A DNA stretch of 64,000 bases from Chlorobiota bacterium (GTDB taxonomy: Bacteria > Bacteroidota > Ignavibacteria > OLB7): NCBI GenBank assembly GCA_021296135.1, contig JAGWAZ010000001.1, forward strand, positions 1,908-65,907, in the 5' to 3' direction. How positions within the stretch are numbered: the stretch's first letter is position 1; every line of letters begins with the position of its first letter. The translations under genes and the position numbers were made by a program. Below the pieces are notes generated by a model, which was not told the origin of the DNA, did no database searches, and was given only the letters and a program-made list of their open reading frames with translations. This document shows, piece after piece, positions 1 to 8,462 of the stretch.

Positions 1-726
1 GACTACCTGAGGCTTTCAGGTGCGCTCACCTACAGCTATATCGCTGTTCTACCGATCATCCTCCTCTACGAAATTGGAATTCGTCTCGTGAACAGTGGTA
101 GCCCGTATGGCATTCACATCAGCGCAGAGATTCTCATCAAGCGAGTGCTGAGCCTGATCGGACTCGGAGATACACTCTGGTTTGCGCTCCTGATACTGCT
201 GCTCGGAGCGGCCATTGTTTTCTACGAACGACGCCATAACTTGGAAATCCGTCCTCGTTACTTTGGATTCATGGCGGGTGAAAGCGCCATCTATGCGGTT
301 CTCCTCGGTTCAATCGTCTCAATGTTTGTAGGAACGCTCTTCGGAATGGCCTCTTCGCCGGTTGCGCTGCAGATACCTGGCGGAGGAGAGCCTTCCTTTA
401 TGACGCAAATTGTTCTTTCTCTGGGTGCAGGAGTCTACGAGGAGTTCATCTTTCGTCTTGTCCTCGTTACCGCACTCTACGGTCTGCTTTCCCTTTTCAA
501 CATGGATCTTCGGCTCCGGTATGTGATTGCGGCCGTTATCGGCGCCCTGATTTTCAGCGCAGTCCACTACACCGGGTCTCTTGGAGATGCCCTCACTCTC
601 TCAAGTTTTACGTTCCGCTTTCTGATGGGGCTTGCGCTGAACGCGCTCTTTCTGCTGAGAGGATTCGGCATAGCAGCAACCACACATGCCCTGTATGATA
701 TCTATGTGACGATTTTGCAGGCATAG
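1..726 (+). CDS. CPBP-family (CAAX/Rce1-like) intramembrane metalloprotease, 5' partial. The reading frame is open from base 1, so the gene probably starts upstream of the window.
   Basis: Frame 1 has no stop from position 1. Motifs EEFIFR, FSAVHYTG and HALYD match the CPBP signature (EExxxR / FxxxH / HxxxD). The protein is multi-pass hydrophobic. Confidence 0.6.
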   Translation, partial: DYLRLSGALTYSYIAVLPIILLYEIGIRLVNSGSPYGIHISAEILIKRVLSLIGLGDTLWFALLILLLGAAIVFYERRHNLEIRPRYFGFMAGESAIYAVLLGSIVSMFVGTLFGMASSPVALQIPGGGEPSFMTQIVLSLGAGVYEEFIFRLVLVTALYGLLSLFNMDLRLRYVIAAVIGALIFSAVHYTGSLGDALTLSSFTFRFLMGLALNALFLLRGFGIAATTHALYDIYVTILQA

Positions 727-882
727 AATGCGGCAGAATGGCCGGTAGCCGCGCGTCTTCAGCCTGTGCAGGGGCTATATCAACAAAAAGACAATTCATC
801 ATATTGGTGGCCTGTAGCCGCTTTGCACGAGAGAAACAGGCAAGATGGGTACGAACTTTAAAAAAACGGTACAATAACTGGT

Positions 883-912
883 AGAACGAAAAGTCCTCGA
901 AAATTTGTGCGA
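883..912 (-). terminator. Rho-independent terminator candidate downstream of tRNA-Arg / rpsT
   Basis: Inverted repeat gtcctcgaaaat..atttcgaggac, followed on the minus strand by ttttcgttct. Confidence 0.4.
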
Positions 913-927
913 TTTCGAGGACTCTTG

Positions 928-1001
928 TACACCCGAGAGGATTCGAACCCCTAACCTTCTGATCCGTAGTCAGATGCTCTATCCAGTTGAGCTACGGGTG
1001 C
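928..1001 (-). tRNA. tRNA-Arg (anticodon ACG)
   Basis: The reverse complement reads GCACCCGTAGCTCAACTGGATAGAGCATCTGACTACGGATCAGAAGGTTAGGGGTTCGAATCCTCTCGGGTGTA. It folds as a cloverleaf: 7-bp acceptor stem (G1-U72 wobble), D arm, anticodon loop CTACGGA with ACG central, and a GGTTCGAATCC T arm. CCA is not encoded. Confidence 0.85.
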
Positions 1002-1031
1002 AGGTTTTCAGCCTATATTGGATGGGACGGA

Positions 1032-1292
1032 TTATGCGTTGTCGAAGTTTGCGATCAACCGGGCGAACTGGCTCTTCCGGTTAGCGGCAAAGTTCTTGTG
1101 GATGATGCCCTTCGTGGCCAGACGATCAAGAATCTGCTGAGCCTCGCGACTCTTCGCAATAGCTTCCTCCTTGTTCTCTGCCTGACGCACAGCCTTGATG
1201 GCACGACGCATCTTGACTTTCTGGAATCCGTTGTAGGCCCGGCGCTTTGCCGACTGACGTACACGCTTCTCTGCTGACTTATGTTGAGGCAT
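1032..1292 (-). CDS. rpsT: 30S ribosomal protein S20
   Basis: 86-aa basic protein MPQHKSAEKRVRQSAKRRAYN..., a typical S20 N-terminus, matching by length and composition. Confidence 0.9.
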   Translation of the reverse strand: MPQHKSAEKRVRQSAKRRAYNGFQKVKMRRAIKAVRQAENKEEAIAKSREAQQILDRLATKGIIHKNFAANRKSQFARLIANFDNA

Positions 1293-1446
1293 AGATTCTC
1301 ACCGTTAATTGAAAAGAGCTATAAAATTACGCCAAGAAACCGGCTCAAACAACCGGTTTATTCATAAAAGGATGTATCACAGTTTTCTGTCTCCCCTTTT
1401 GATCGTAGCTTTATGGGCTATTCCGTAATCGGTCAATATAAGCTGC

Positions 1447-2109
1447 ATGGAAAAAACAGCCCGAACATATCGGTTTGTGAGCAAGCAAGTCATGAGGGCA
1501 AGGGGAGGACATATCCTCGTGCTCCTGATGTCTCTCGTGCTCTTTCCTGTTGACCTGTTCGGCAGACAGACGACAAATCTGGAACAGTTTCAACGTTGTG
1601 CTGAGGTCGTTGCGGACACTCTTTTTGCTCGAACCGGCGACCCTGATCAACTCTGCGTACGCATCGTCTCACACCAGGCTGACTGGATTCTCGACCAGGC
1701 CTGCAATGACGTAGCTGCTCTGAGAACGTTAAGCCTTGTTCAGTGTCAGGCACCCTATACAAACGAACTTCTGATTGCAATCACCGATATCGGCGTTCGG
1801 TACGTAGAACTCGAGGATGCGGATTTCTATTGGCGTGAAGTCACACTCGGAGTAAGCGCCTCGGTTCCCGTAATCGATGCATCCGCCCAAAAGAGATCGC
1901 GAGTAACCGAACGATTCGGTTATGCACTGAACGATACCGTTGATGCGTCGAGTATAGCTGAGATAGAGTCACCAGGATATGACTTTACCGTCGGTACCAC
2001 AATCAGGCTGAACAGATCAAGTTTCTGGAAAAGTGTTGCAGAGCCGGCAATTGTCATCGGAACATCGGTCGTCATGGTAATTCTTCTTTTCACGGCAAGG
2101 AGTCAGTAA
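1447..2109 (+). CDS. Hypothetical protein with hydrophobic N- and C-terminal segments. No family recognised. The start is uncertain (alternative Met at MSLVLF).
   Basis: 220-aa ORF divergent from rpsT, with coding-like composition and no recognisable motif. Confidence 0.35.
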   Translation: MEKTARTYRFVSKQVMRARGGHILVLLMSLVLFPVDLFGRQTTNLEQFQRCAEVVADTLFARTGDPDQLCVRIVSHQADWILDQACNDVAALRTLSLVQCQAPYTNELLIAITDIGVRYVELEDADFYWREVTLGVSASVPVIDASAQKRSRVTERFGYALNDTVDASSIAEIESPGYDFTVGTTIRLNRSSFWKSVAEPAIVIGTSVVMVILLFTARSQ

Positions 2110-2188
2110 TCCCCTTGATGCATTTTTTTCCAGATGTAGATTCAGCCATGACGTCAAGAACGTCGAATTCAGCATAAATTATTCGCTT

Positions 2189-2860
2189 ATGATAAAGTCG
2201 GTTGCAGCCCTCACACTTCTTCTCCCGGTGATAACTGGATGTGGTGAATCAAGGTCGTCAACAAAGGACCTTTCCACCGAAGAACGTTTCAGGCTGGGGA
2301 AAGAGGCGCTTGATAAGGGTAATCATCAGAAAGCACAAGAGTACTTTGAAGTTATTCTTTTGCAGGATCCGGCAAGCGAGTACGCCGACGATGCGCAATT
2401 CTACCTTGCCGAATCCTTTTATCAGACCGATGAATACAGGGTAGCTGCTTTTCATTACAGCAGAGTGCTCAACGATTTTCCCGGCAGCCCCTTCTACAAA
2501 CAAGCGCTCTATATGACCGGCAAGTGTTACTACAACGTATCACCACAATACGAACGGGATCAGCGGCAGACGGATAACGCCATTCGTCAGTACAAGGCCT
2601 TTGTCCAGTTCTACCCCACCGATTCGCTTTCAAAGCATGCTCGTGAGCGGATCCTGGAGCTTCGTTCGCGCCTGGCACAACGAGATTATTCGGTTGCGCA
2701 ACACTATCTTGATCGTGGAGAATACAAGGCCGCGGAGATTTATTTCAAACGGGTCATCGATCGATATCCAGATACGAAGTACTATGCTCTTGCTCAGAAA
2801 GGAATGGAAGAGGCTTCGAGGGAGATCACAACAATTGAAGCAAAGGATAAAGGAAGTTAA
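2189..2860 (+). CDS. bamD: Outer membrane protein assembly factor BamD-like TPR lipoprotein
   Basis: Lipoprotein signal ...LLLPVITGC. TPR-like repeats rich in Y/F/A (EYFEVILLQDP..., YKAAEIYFKRVIDRYPDT). Confidence 0.65.
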   Translation: MIKSVAALTLLLPVITGCGESRSSTKDLSTEERFRLGKEALDKGNHQKAQEYFEVILLQDPASEYADDAQFYLAESFYQTDEYRVAAFHYSRVLNDFPGSPFYKQALYMTGKCYYNVSPQYERDQRQTDNAIRQYKAFVQFYPTDSLSKHARERILELRSRLAQRDYSVAQHYLDRGEYKAAEIYFKRVIDRYPDTKYYALAQKGMEEASREITTIEAKDKGS

Positions 2861-2863
2861 CAT

Positions 2864-3397
2864 ATGACCGACAGGATAGACGTTCAGAAGCGCGTAAGTG
2901 ATTCCCAGGTGGAGATGACCGAGTTGGTCCTGCCGAACGATACGAACCAGCTCGGGAACCTTCTTGGCGGACGCCTGATGCACTGGATTGATGTAGCTGC
3001 TGCGCTCGCGGCAATGCGCCATACCGGTGAGGTCTGTGTTACTGCAGCTATCGATAACATGAGTTTCCACGCGCCAATAAACCTTGGATCGATGGTAATC
3101 CTGAAGGCCTCGGTAAATCGTGCGTTCAGTACATCAATGGAAGTGGGAGTCCGTGTTGAAGTTGAGAACCCGAAAGATGGCACGAGCTTCCACGCCAACA
3201 CCACCTATCTGACGTTTGTTGGCATTGACGATCACAATAAACCCTTGCCTGCCCCTCCTATTATCCCTGAATCGCAAGAAGAACTTCGTCGTTTTGAATC
3301 GGCAGGTGTTCGCAGACAGATTCGTCTTGAGGAGCGGAATCGACTTAACAGCCTTCATTCTTCCCGCTATACATCCAACAAAGAGGTAGAATCATGA
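2864..3397 (+). CDS. Acyl-CoA thioesterase (hotdog fold, YciA-like)
   Basis: Motif ...LVLPNDTNQLGNLLGGRLMHWIDVAAALAA... is typical of YciA/acyl-CoA hydrolases. The 3' end overlaps the next gene by 4 bp. Confidence 0.75.
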   Translation: MTDRIDVQKRVSDSQVEMTELVLPNDTNQLGNLLGGRLMHWIDVAAALAAMRHTGEVCVTAAIDNMSFHAPINLGSMVILKASVNRAFSTSMEVGVRVEVENPKDGTSFHANTTYLTFVGIDDHNKPLPAPPIIPESQEELRRFESAGVRRQIRLEERNRLNSLHSSRYTSNKEVES

Positions 3398-5103
3398 AAT
3401 CGGTGCGATGTCCCTGGATAGTCCCAATCGTTCTTCTGATCTCCGGCAGTTTCCAGGCATTCGGTCAGGCTCACGGTGAGCACGACGACCATCTTCACTC
3501 TCTGATCGATGGTGATTATCCTGTCTGTGGGACACATCTCATGTGGCAACTTCAAGTAAACGAGGAGAAACTTGATGATAAGGGAAGGGAATTGCTGCGC
3601 CAGTATCGCGTAACCGATCAGCCGACCATGCAGCGCAACATCGTCAGCTATGACGGGCACTTCAGAATCCACTACGACATTGATGGCAAACATGCTCCAA
3701 GCCCTGTTGATCAGGATAGCAACGGTATTCCCGATTATATCGACTCGGTCGATTTCTATATGGAACTGGCCTGGAAGAAGGAGATTGAGGAATGTGGATT
3801 TGCTCCTCCACCCCCGGATAACATCCGTCCCGGTGTGGGTGGAATAGATGGTCTCGTCGATGTCTTTGTACAGGCACTCTCCAACAGTATCTACGGTTTT
3901 GCTCTACCGGAACCGGGCGGAGAGATTGGTTCAAGAAGCGTTGGCTACCTTATTCTTGACAACGATTATGTCGGATATCCGACTCCCGGTATCGCCGGAC
4001 TGCGCGTTACGAGCGCACATGAATTTCATCATATTGTGCAGTTCGGTGCATATATCAACGACTATTCACAGGGAGCAATTTTCGAAGCGACGTCGACATG
4101 GATGGAATTCAAAGTACATCCCGATCTGACCGATTATCGCCTCTATTTCAATAGATTCCTCAAGCAACCACATGCCTTCTCGTTCGCTACCAACGACGTA
4201 AGCGATGGCATCACAGGATATGCTCATATGCACTACCTGCAATCTCTCGTTCAACAGCTTGACCCCAAGATTGTCAGGGAAATATGGGATCAGTTCAAAA
4301 GCAGTGGAAAGGCCTTTGATGCAATCGATGCCACACTTCGAGCCCGGAATGCCGGAATCAACCTGACCAACAGCTTTTGCACGTTTGCACGATGGAGCTA
4401 CTTCACTGGTTCAAACGCAGTCGATACAATGTTCTTCGCAAAAGCTGATCTCTATCCAACTATCAGATCAGTCTCAACCTTGATTCTCGACGAAGACCTG
4501 GAGAAAGTGATTCCGAACTCCCTCTCCCCACTTTCATTTGGCTTGTGGAGACTCGTTGTGCCTCGTTCCGATCAGTTCGACCCGGACACAGTTGATTTCC
4601 TGATAACAAACGCTCGATCAATGCTCGGGACCGGCGGCCCTTCGGTCAGTAGACCGGAAGACTTCACACTCTTTGTCAGTCAGTCGCCTCGGGGTGGCTA
4701 CACACCAATACTCTACCGTAACGACACACTCTACTATCGACTCGATGCTCCTCACCAGGACTTTTGCGTTGAGACATTCTTCAACGGTAGCCGCGGCATT
4801 CTGGTTACTGTCAACCCTTTGCCTCAACCCTTTGTGAATGATGGAGCCGACCAGATGGTGTTCGCTGTAGACCTGAGCGGTATCGCCATCACGAGAGTGG
4901 AGCTTGACATCTATTCGGCATCAATGACAAAAGTTGCCCGAGTTGAGAGAAATGGCCTTGAGACTCGGGAGAATGTTCAAGGCGTTATCTGGGATGGCAG
5001 GACATCTTCGGGAGAATTTGCCCCAAGTGGTGTCTATATCTATACGCTTGCGATCAATGGCAGCGCACCATCGGTCGGGAAATTTGCTGTTGTCAGGAAA
5101 TGA
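3394..5103 (+). CDS. Secreted HExxH zinc metallopeptidase-like protein with a T9SS C-terminal sorting domain. Family unassigned.
   Basis: N-terminal signal peptide. SAHEFHHIVQFGAY carries HExxH. The C-terminal ~80 aa (...GVIWDGRTSSGEFAPSGVYIYTLAINGSAPSVGKFAVVRK) matches the Por_Secre_tail pattern. Confidence 0.55.
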   Translation: MKSVRCPWIVPIVLLISGSFQAFGQAHGEHDDHLHSLIDGDYPVCGTHLMWQLQVNEEKLDDKGRELLRQYRVTDQPTMQRNIVSYDGHFRIHYDIDGKHAPSPVDQDSNGIPDYIDSVDFYMELAWKKEIEECGFAPPPPDNIRPGVGGIDGLVDVFVQALSNSIYGFALPEPGGEIGSRSVGYLILDNDYVGYPTPGIAGLRVTSAHEFHHIVQFGAYINDYSQGAIFEATSTWMEFKVHPDLTDYRLYFNRFLKQPHAFSFATNDVSDGITGYAHMHYLQSLVQQLDPKIVREIWDQFKSSGKAFDAIDATLRARNAGINLTNSFCTFARWSYFTGSNAVDTMFFAKADLYPTIRSVSTLILDEDLEKVIPNSLSPLSFGLWRLVVPRSDQFDPDTVDFLITNARSMLGTGGPSVSRPEDFTLFVSQSPRGGYTPILYRNDTLYYRLDAPHQDFCVETFFNGSRGILVTVNPLPQPFVNDGADQMVFAVDLSGIAITRVELDIYSASMTKVARVERNGLETRENVQGVIWDGRTSSGEFAPSGVYIYTLAINGSAPSVGKFAVVRK

Positions 5104-5744
5104 ACAAGGGGCGGACCAATGGAGTAAAAACTCTGCAAATCATCTCCGATAAGGTATGCAAAGCATACGATCTGCGTCCTGTTCTGACCGATATCTCTCT
5201 TACCATTGAACGTGGAACCACACTCGGAATAACCGGTCGCAACGGCTCTGGAAAATCGACGCTGCTAAAGATCCTTGCAAACGTTCTTGAAAAGACCTCA
5301 GGAAGCGTTGAGTGGATGATTGGCAATGAGCGTATCAAGGAAGAAACGTTGCCCAGACACCTCGGCTATGTAGCTCCCTATCTCGAACTCTACTTGGAGT
5401 TCTCCATCGTTGAGCTGCTTAAAATTCTTGGCCGGATTCGTGGAGTGTCACCCGATATGGACTATGTCTCTCATCTCCTTGAACGCTTTGAGCTCGCCGA
5501 CAGAACCAAAGAGAGGATTGAGTCGTTCAGTTCCGGAATGCGGCAGCGCGTAAAGTATATTCTTGCGCTTTCACACCACCCGGACTTCCTGATGCTCGAC
5601 GAGCCAATGACAAATCTGGACGAGGACGGACAGGCTATTGTCCGGAAAACGATCTCACGTGAAGCGTTCGAAAGAATTACTGTGATTGCAACGAACGAAA
5701 AGGAAGACCTAAGTCTCTGCACACACCGGATTTCGCTTGATTGA
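5100..5744 (+). CDS. ABC transporter ATP-binding protein with no adjacent permease
   Basis: Walker A GRNGSGKST, signature FSSGMRQR, Walker B FLMLDE. Overlaps the preceding gene by 4 bp. Confidence 0.75.
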   Translation: MNKGRTNGVKTLQIISDKVCKAYDLRPVLTDISLTIERGTTLGITGRNGSGKSTLLKILANVLEKTSGSVEWMIGNERIKEETLPRHLGYVAPYLELYLEFSIVELLKILGRIRGVSPDMDYVSHLLERFELADRTKERIESFSSGMRQRVKYILALSHHPDFLMLDEPMTNLDEDGQAIVRKTISREAFERITVIATNEKEDLSLCTHRISLD

Positions 5745-5796
5745 GATTCGAGAGGTGGGTGTGAGATATGAGTAATGAGCAAACGTAGTATAGGAC

Positions 5797-5877
5797 TATC
5801 AGCTTTCAGCTTTGACTCTCGACCGCTTGACTCTTAGACTCACGACTCACGACGCTTCGACCCTCGACTCCTACAGC
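5797..5877. repeat. CGACTC-rich dispersed repeat, copy 1
   Basis: Sequence cagctttgactctcgaccgcttgactcttagactcacgactcacgacgcttcgaccctcgactcc. It shares CCCTCGACTC/GACTCTT cores with the copies at 13566, 23960 and 59238. Confidence 0.6.
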
Positions 5878-6066
5878 ATCGCACGTACGAAGTACAGCCG
5901 AGACATTGTGTGGATCGTGGACATCTTCGAGGAGAAGATGGAGATCAAACTGGTGTTGTTCCAGAACGCGCCGCAATCGCTCTACGCGACGGACAGTACG
6001 GTTTGTCTTCGCATCAATCGCAACCGATTCATCGAAGCCGAGCCGGTCGTTAGGCTTCTTCACCAC
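5806..6066 (-). pseudogene. trmH: Truncated N-terminal stub of a SpoU/TrmH-family tRNA/rRNA 2'-O-methyltransferase. Only ~60 conserved residues remain; the stub ends inside the repeat.
   Basis: ...RLRRVLEQHQFDLHLLLEDVHDPHNVSAVLRTCDAVGVEG matches the TrmH N-terminal motif (RQPDL..VHKPHNVSAIIRTADAVGV). The ORF stops after 86 aa, whereas full-length TrmH is ~220 aa. The remaining sequence is repeat followed by an opposing gene. Confidence 0.55.
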
Positions 6067-6069
6067 TCT

Positions 6070-8415
6070 CTACTGCTCCTCTTCAACACGTTCCTGATCA
6101 TATCTCTCGACATGATCGACGTTCGGAATCTTCTTCAACCGCTCTATCAAGCGCCCGAGATGGTCGGTATGACGAACAAGAACGGTGACAATCCCCTCAA
6201 AGAGTGAATCTTGCGATTCGATGTTAACGCTTCGGATGTTCGTGTTTCGGTATGAGACGATGGCGTGGGTTATGTCGTTCAGCATGCCGGGTCGATCTTC
6301 CCCACTCACTCTGAGAGCTGTTATGAACTCAGAGCCATCATCTTTCCCGGCCCAATCAACATCAAGAACACGACCACGATTGCTCTGCTGTTCCAGCATA
6401 TTGATTGCATTCGGGCAGGAAGTTCGATGAATAGTTACTCCTTTTCCGGCTTTGATAAATCCAATAACCTGATCTCCCGGAATCGGGTTGCAACAGCGTG
6501 CATAATGGTACTTCATCCCGGTCAACCCGCCATCGACAACAATCCCATCGGCATTGGTCTTGCGAGCTTCGTCAACAAAACGATTATAGATCACCTTACC
6601 GCTTACCCCGCCAGGATCATCTTTCTGCGTTGGTTGCGACTGATAGTTCAGCACCATGGCCACGGCCTGTTCCGGAGTGAACTTTCCGAACCCTATGTCA
6701 TAGAAAAGATCGCTCCGGTTTTCGTATTTTAGTACGTGTGCAACCCGCTCCAACTCATCATCGTTGATATGGACTTTCTCCTTCTTGATTCGTTTCTGCC
6801 ACACCTCTTTTCCCTGCTGAATCATTGAACGACGCTGTTCGTTCAACCAACGACGAATCCCGCTCCGGGCCTTGTGGGTAACAGCAAACTTCTCCCAATC
6901 AAGGCTTGGCGTCTGATTTTTCGACGTAAGAATTTCGATCTGATCACCGGAACGGAGTACCGTGTCGAGCGGCACAATCTTGCCGTTGACCTTTGCCCCG
7001 ATACAATGGAACCCAACTTCGGAGTGGATATCATAGGCAAAGTCAATAGGTGTGGAGTTCTTTGGAAGAATTCGCAACTCCCCTTTAGGCGTAAAGACGT
7101 AAATCTCATCCTGGAAGAGATTTAGACGGAAGCTCTCCATGACCTCATGAGGAGCCTCTTCAGCTTCAGCACGCTCAAAGACATCCCGTATCCATTCCGC
7201 CCACTCCTCGAGTTGTCGATCTTCCTTCCAGATATTGAGCGACTGTTCCTTGTAAATGAAATGTGCGGCAACACCCTTCTCTGCTATCTCGTGCATTCCC
7301 CTTGTTCGTATCTGTACCTCAATCCGTCTACCATCCGGACCAATCACGGTTGTATGGATAGATTGATAGCCGTTCTTTTTAGGAACCGAGATATAATTCT
7401 TGAAACGCTCGGGAACGGGAGTATAGATTTCCGATATGATGCCGTAGACCGTAAAGCAATCGTTCGGATTATTGGTATCGAGTATGATACGGATGGCGAC
7501 AAGATCATGAATTTCATCGACTGACTTGTTCTGCACCCGCATCTTGTTATAGATGGAATAGAGATGTTTGGCTCTCCCAACTATCTCGAACCCTATGTTC
7601 TCACTTTCCAACCGCCCACGAATCGGTCTGATCGTCTGCTCTATGTATGTTTCCCGTTCCTTGCGTTTCGTCTTGAGGACACGTTTCAATTGGCTGTATG
7701 CCTCAGGGTTCAGGTATTTGAAGGAAAGGTCTTCCAGTTCCCACTTCAGATTTCCGAGTCCGAAGCGGTGGGCAAACGGAGCATAGATGTCAAGCGTCTC
7801 ACGAGCCATTCGCTTCTGCTTCCGAGAGGTAAGGAACTTCAACGTCCGCATGTTGTGGAGTCGATCGGCAAACTTCACCAGAATGACACGGACATCATTC
7901 ACCATTGAAAGGAGAAGCTTTCGATAGCTTGCAGCCTGAGTTACCTCGTGGCTGTTAAAGACCCCGGTGATTTTGGTAACACCATCTACAATTTCCGCAA
8001 CAGCAGGCCTGAACTCTGCACGAATATCGTCGAGAGTGTATTGAGTATCCTCGACCACATCATGGAGAAGAGCCGCCGCAATCGAGATGTCATCAAGCGG
8101 AATTTCACGCGCAAGAATCAACGCAACTTCGTGTGGATGCGTGTAGTACGGCTCGCCCGAAGCCCTTGCTGTATTCTTGTGCGCATCGTAGCAGATATAG
8201 AGAGCACGGGTAATCAGAGATTCATCCCAAGTACGCAGGTTACCACGGCAGGCCTCAATCAATGCTGCCAATCGCGTCTTGAACTCCTCTCGGTGATCGA
8301 GATGAATCGACTCGGCCTTTGTATCAACGTTTGGACGCCGGCTGTTCACTCCCTTATAGGAGCCATTACGTCGTGTTGACTTTGCAGTGTTCGTATGTTT
8401 TTTGGTCTCTTTCAC
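6070..8415 (-). CDS. rel: Bifunctional (p)ppGpp synthetase/hydrolase (RelA/SpoT family)
   Basis: 781 aa. HD motif HDVVEDT, RelA/SpoT synthetase region, and TGS and ACT-like C-terminal domains. Confidence 0.9.
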   Translation of the reverse strand: MKETKKHTNTAKSTRRNGSYKGVNSRRPNVDTKAESIHLDHREEFKTRLAALIEACRGNLRTWDESLITRALYICYDAHKNTARASGEPYYTHPHEVALILAREIPLDDISIAAALLHDVVEDTQYTLDDIRAEFRPAVAEIVDGVTKITGVFNSHEVTQAASYRKLLLSMVNDVRVILVKFADRLHNMRTLKFLTSRKQKRMARETLDIYAPFAHRFGLGNLKWELEDLSFKYLNPEAYSQLKRVLKTKRKERETYIEQTIRPIRGRLESENIGFEIVGRAKHLYSIYNKMRVQNKSVDEIHDLVAIRIILDTNNPNDCFTVYGIISEIYTPVPERFKNYISVPKKNGYQSIHTTVIGPDGRRIEVQIRTRGMHEIAEKGVAAHFIYKEQSLNIWKEDRQLEEWAEWIRDVFERAEAEEAPHEVMESFRLNLFQDEIYVFTPKGELRILPKNSTPIDFAYDIHSEVGFHCIGAKVNGKIVPLDTVLRSGDQIEILTSKNQTPSLDWEKFAVTHKARSGIRRWLNEQRRSMIQQGKEVWQKRIKKEKVHINDDELERVAHVLKYENRSDLFYDIGFGKFTPEQAVAMVLNYQSQPTQKDDPGGVSGKVIYNRFVDEARKTNADGIVVDGGLTGMKYHYARCCNPIPGDQVIGFIKAGKGVTIHRTSCPNAINMLEQQSNRGRVLDVDWAGKDDGSEFITALRVSGEDRPGMLNDITHAIVSYRNTNIRSVNIESQDSLFEGIVTVLVRHTDHLGRLIERLKKIPNVDHVERYDQERVEEEQ

Positions 8416-8462
8416 TCAACTTCAAATGTGGGGTTGACACCTATCTACCTTGACTCCGAGCT

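Noticed and set aside
987-1277. 96-aa plus-strand ORF overlapping tRNA-Arg and rpsT
   Set aside because: Entirely antisense to a well-supported tRNA and the S20 gene, so it is a spurious ORF.
6185-8379. Multiple plus-strand ORFs (81-155 aa) within rel/spoT
   Set aside because: Antisense to a 781-aa gene with intact HD, synthetase, TGS and ACT regions.
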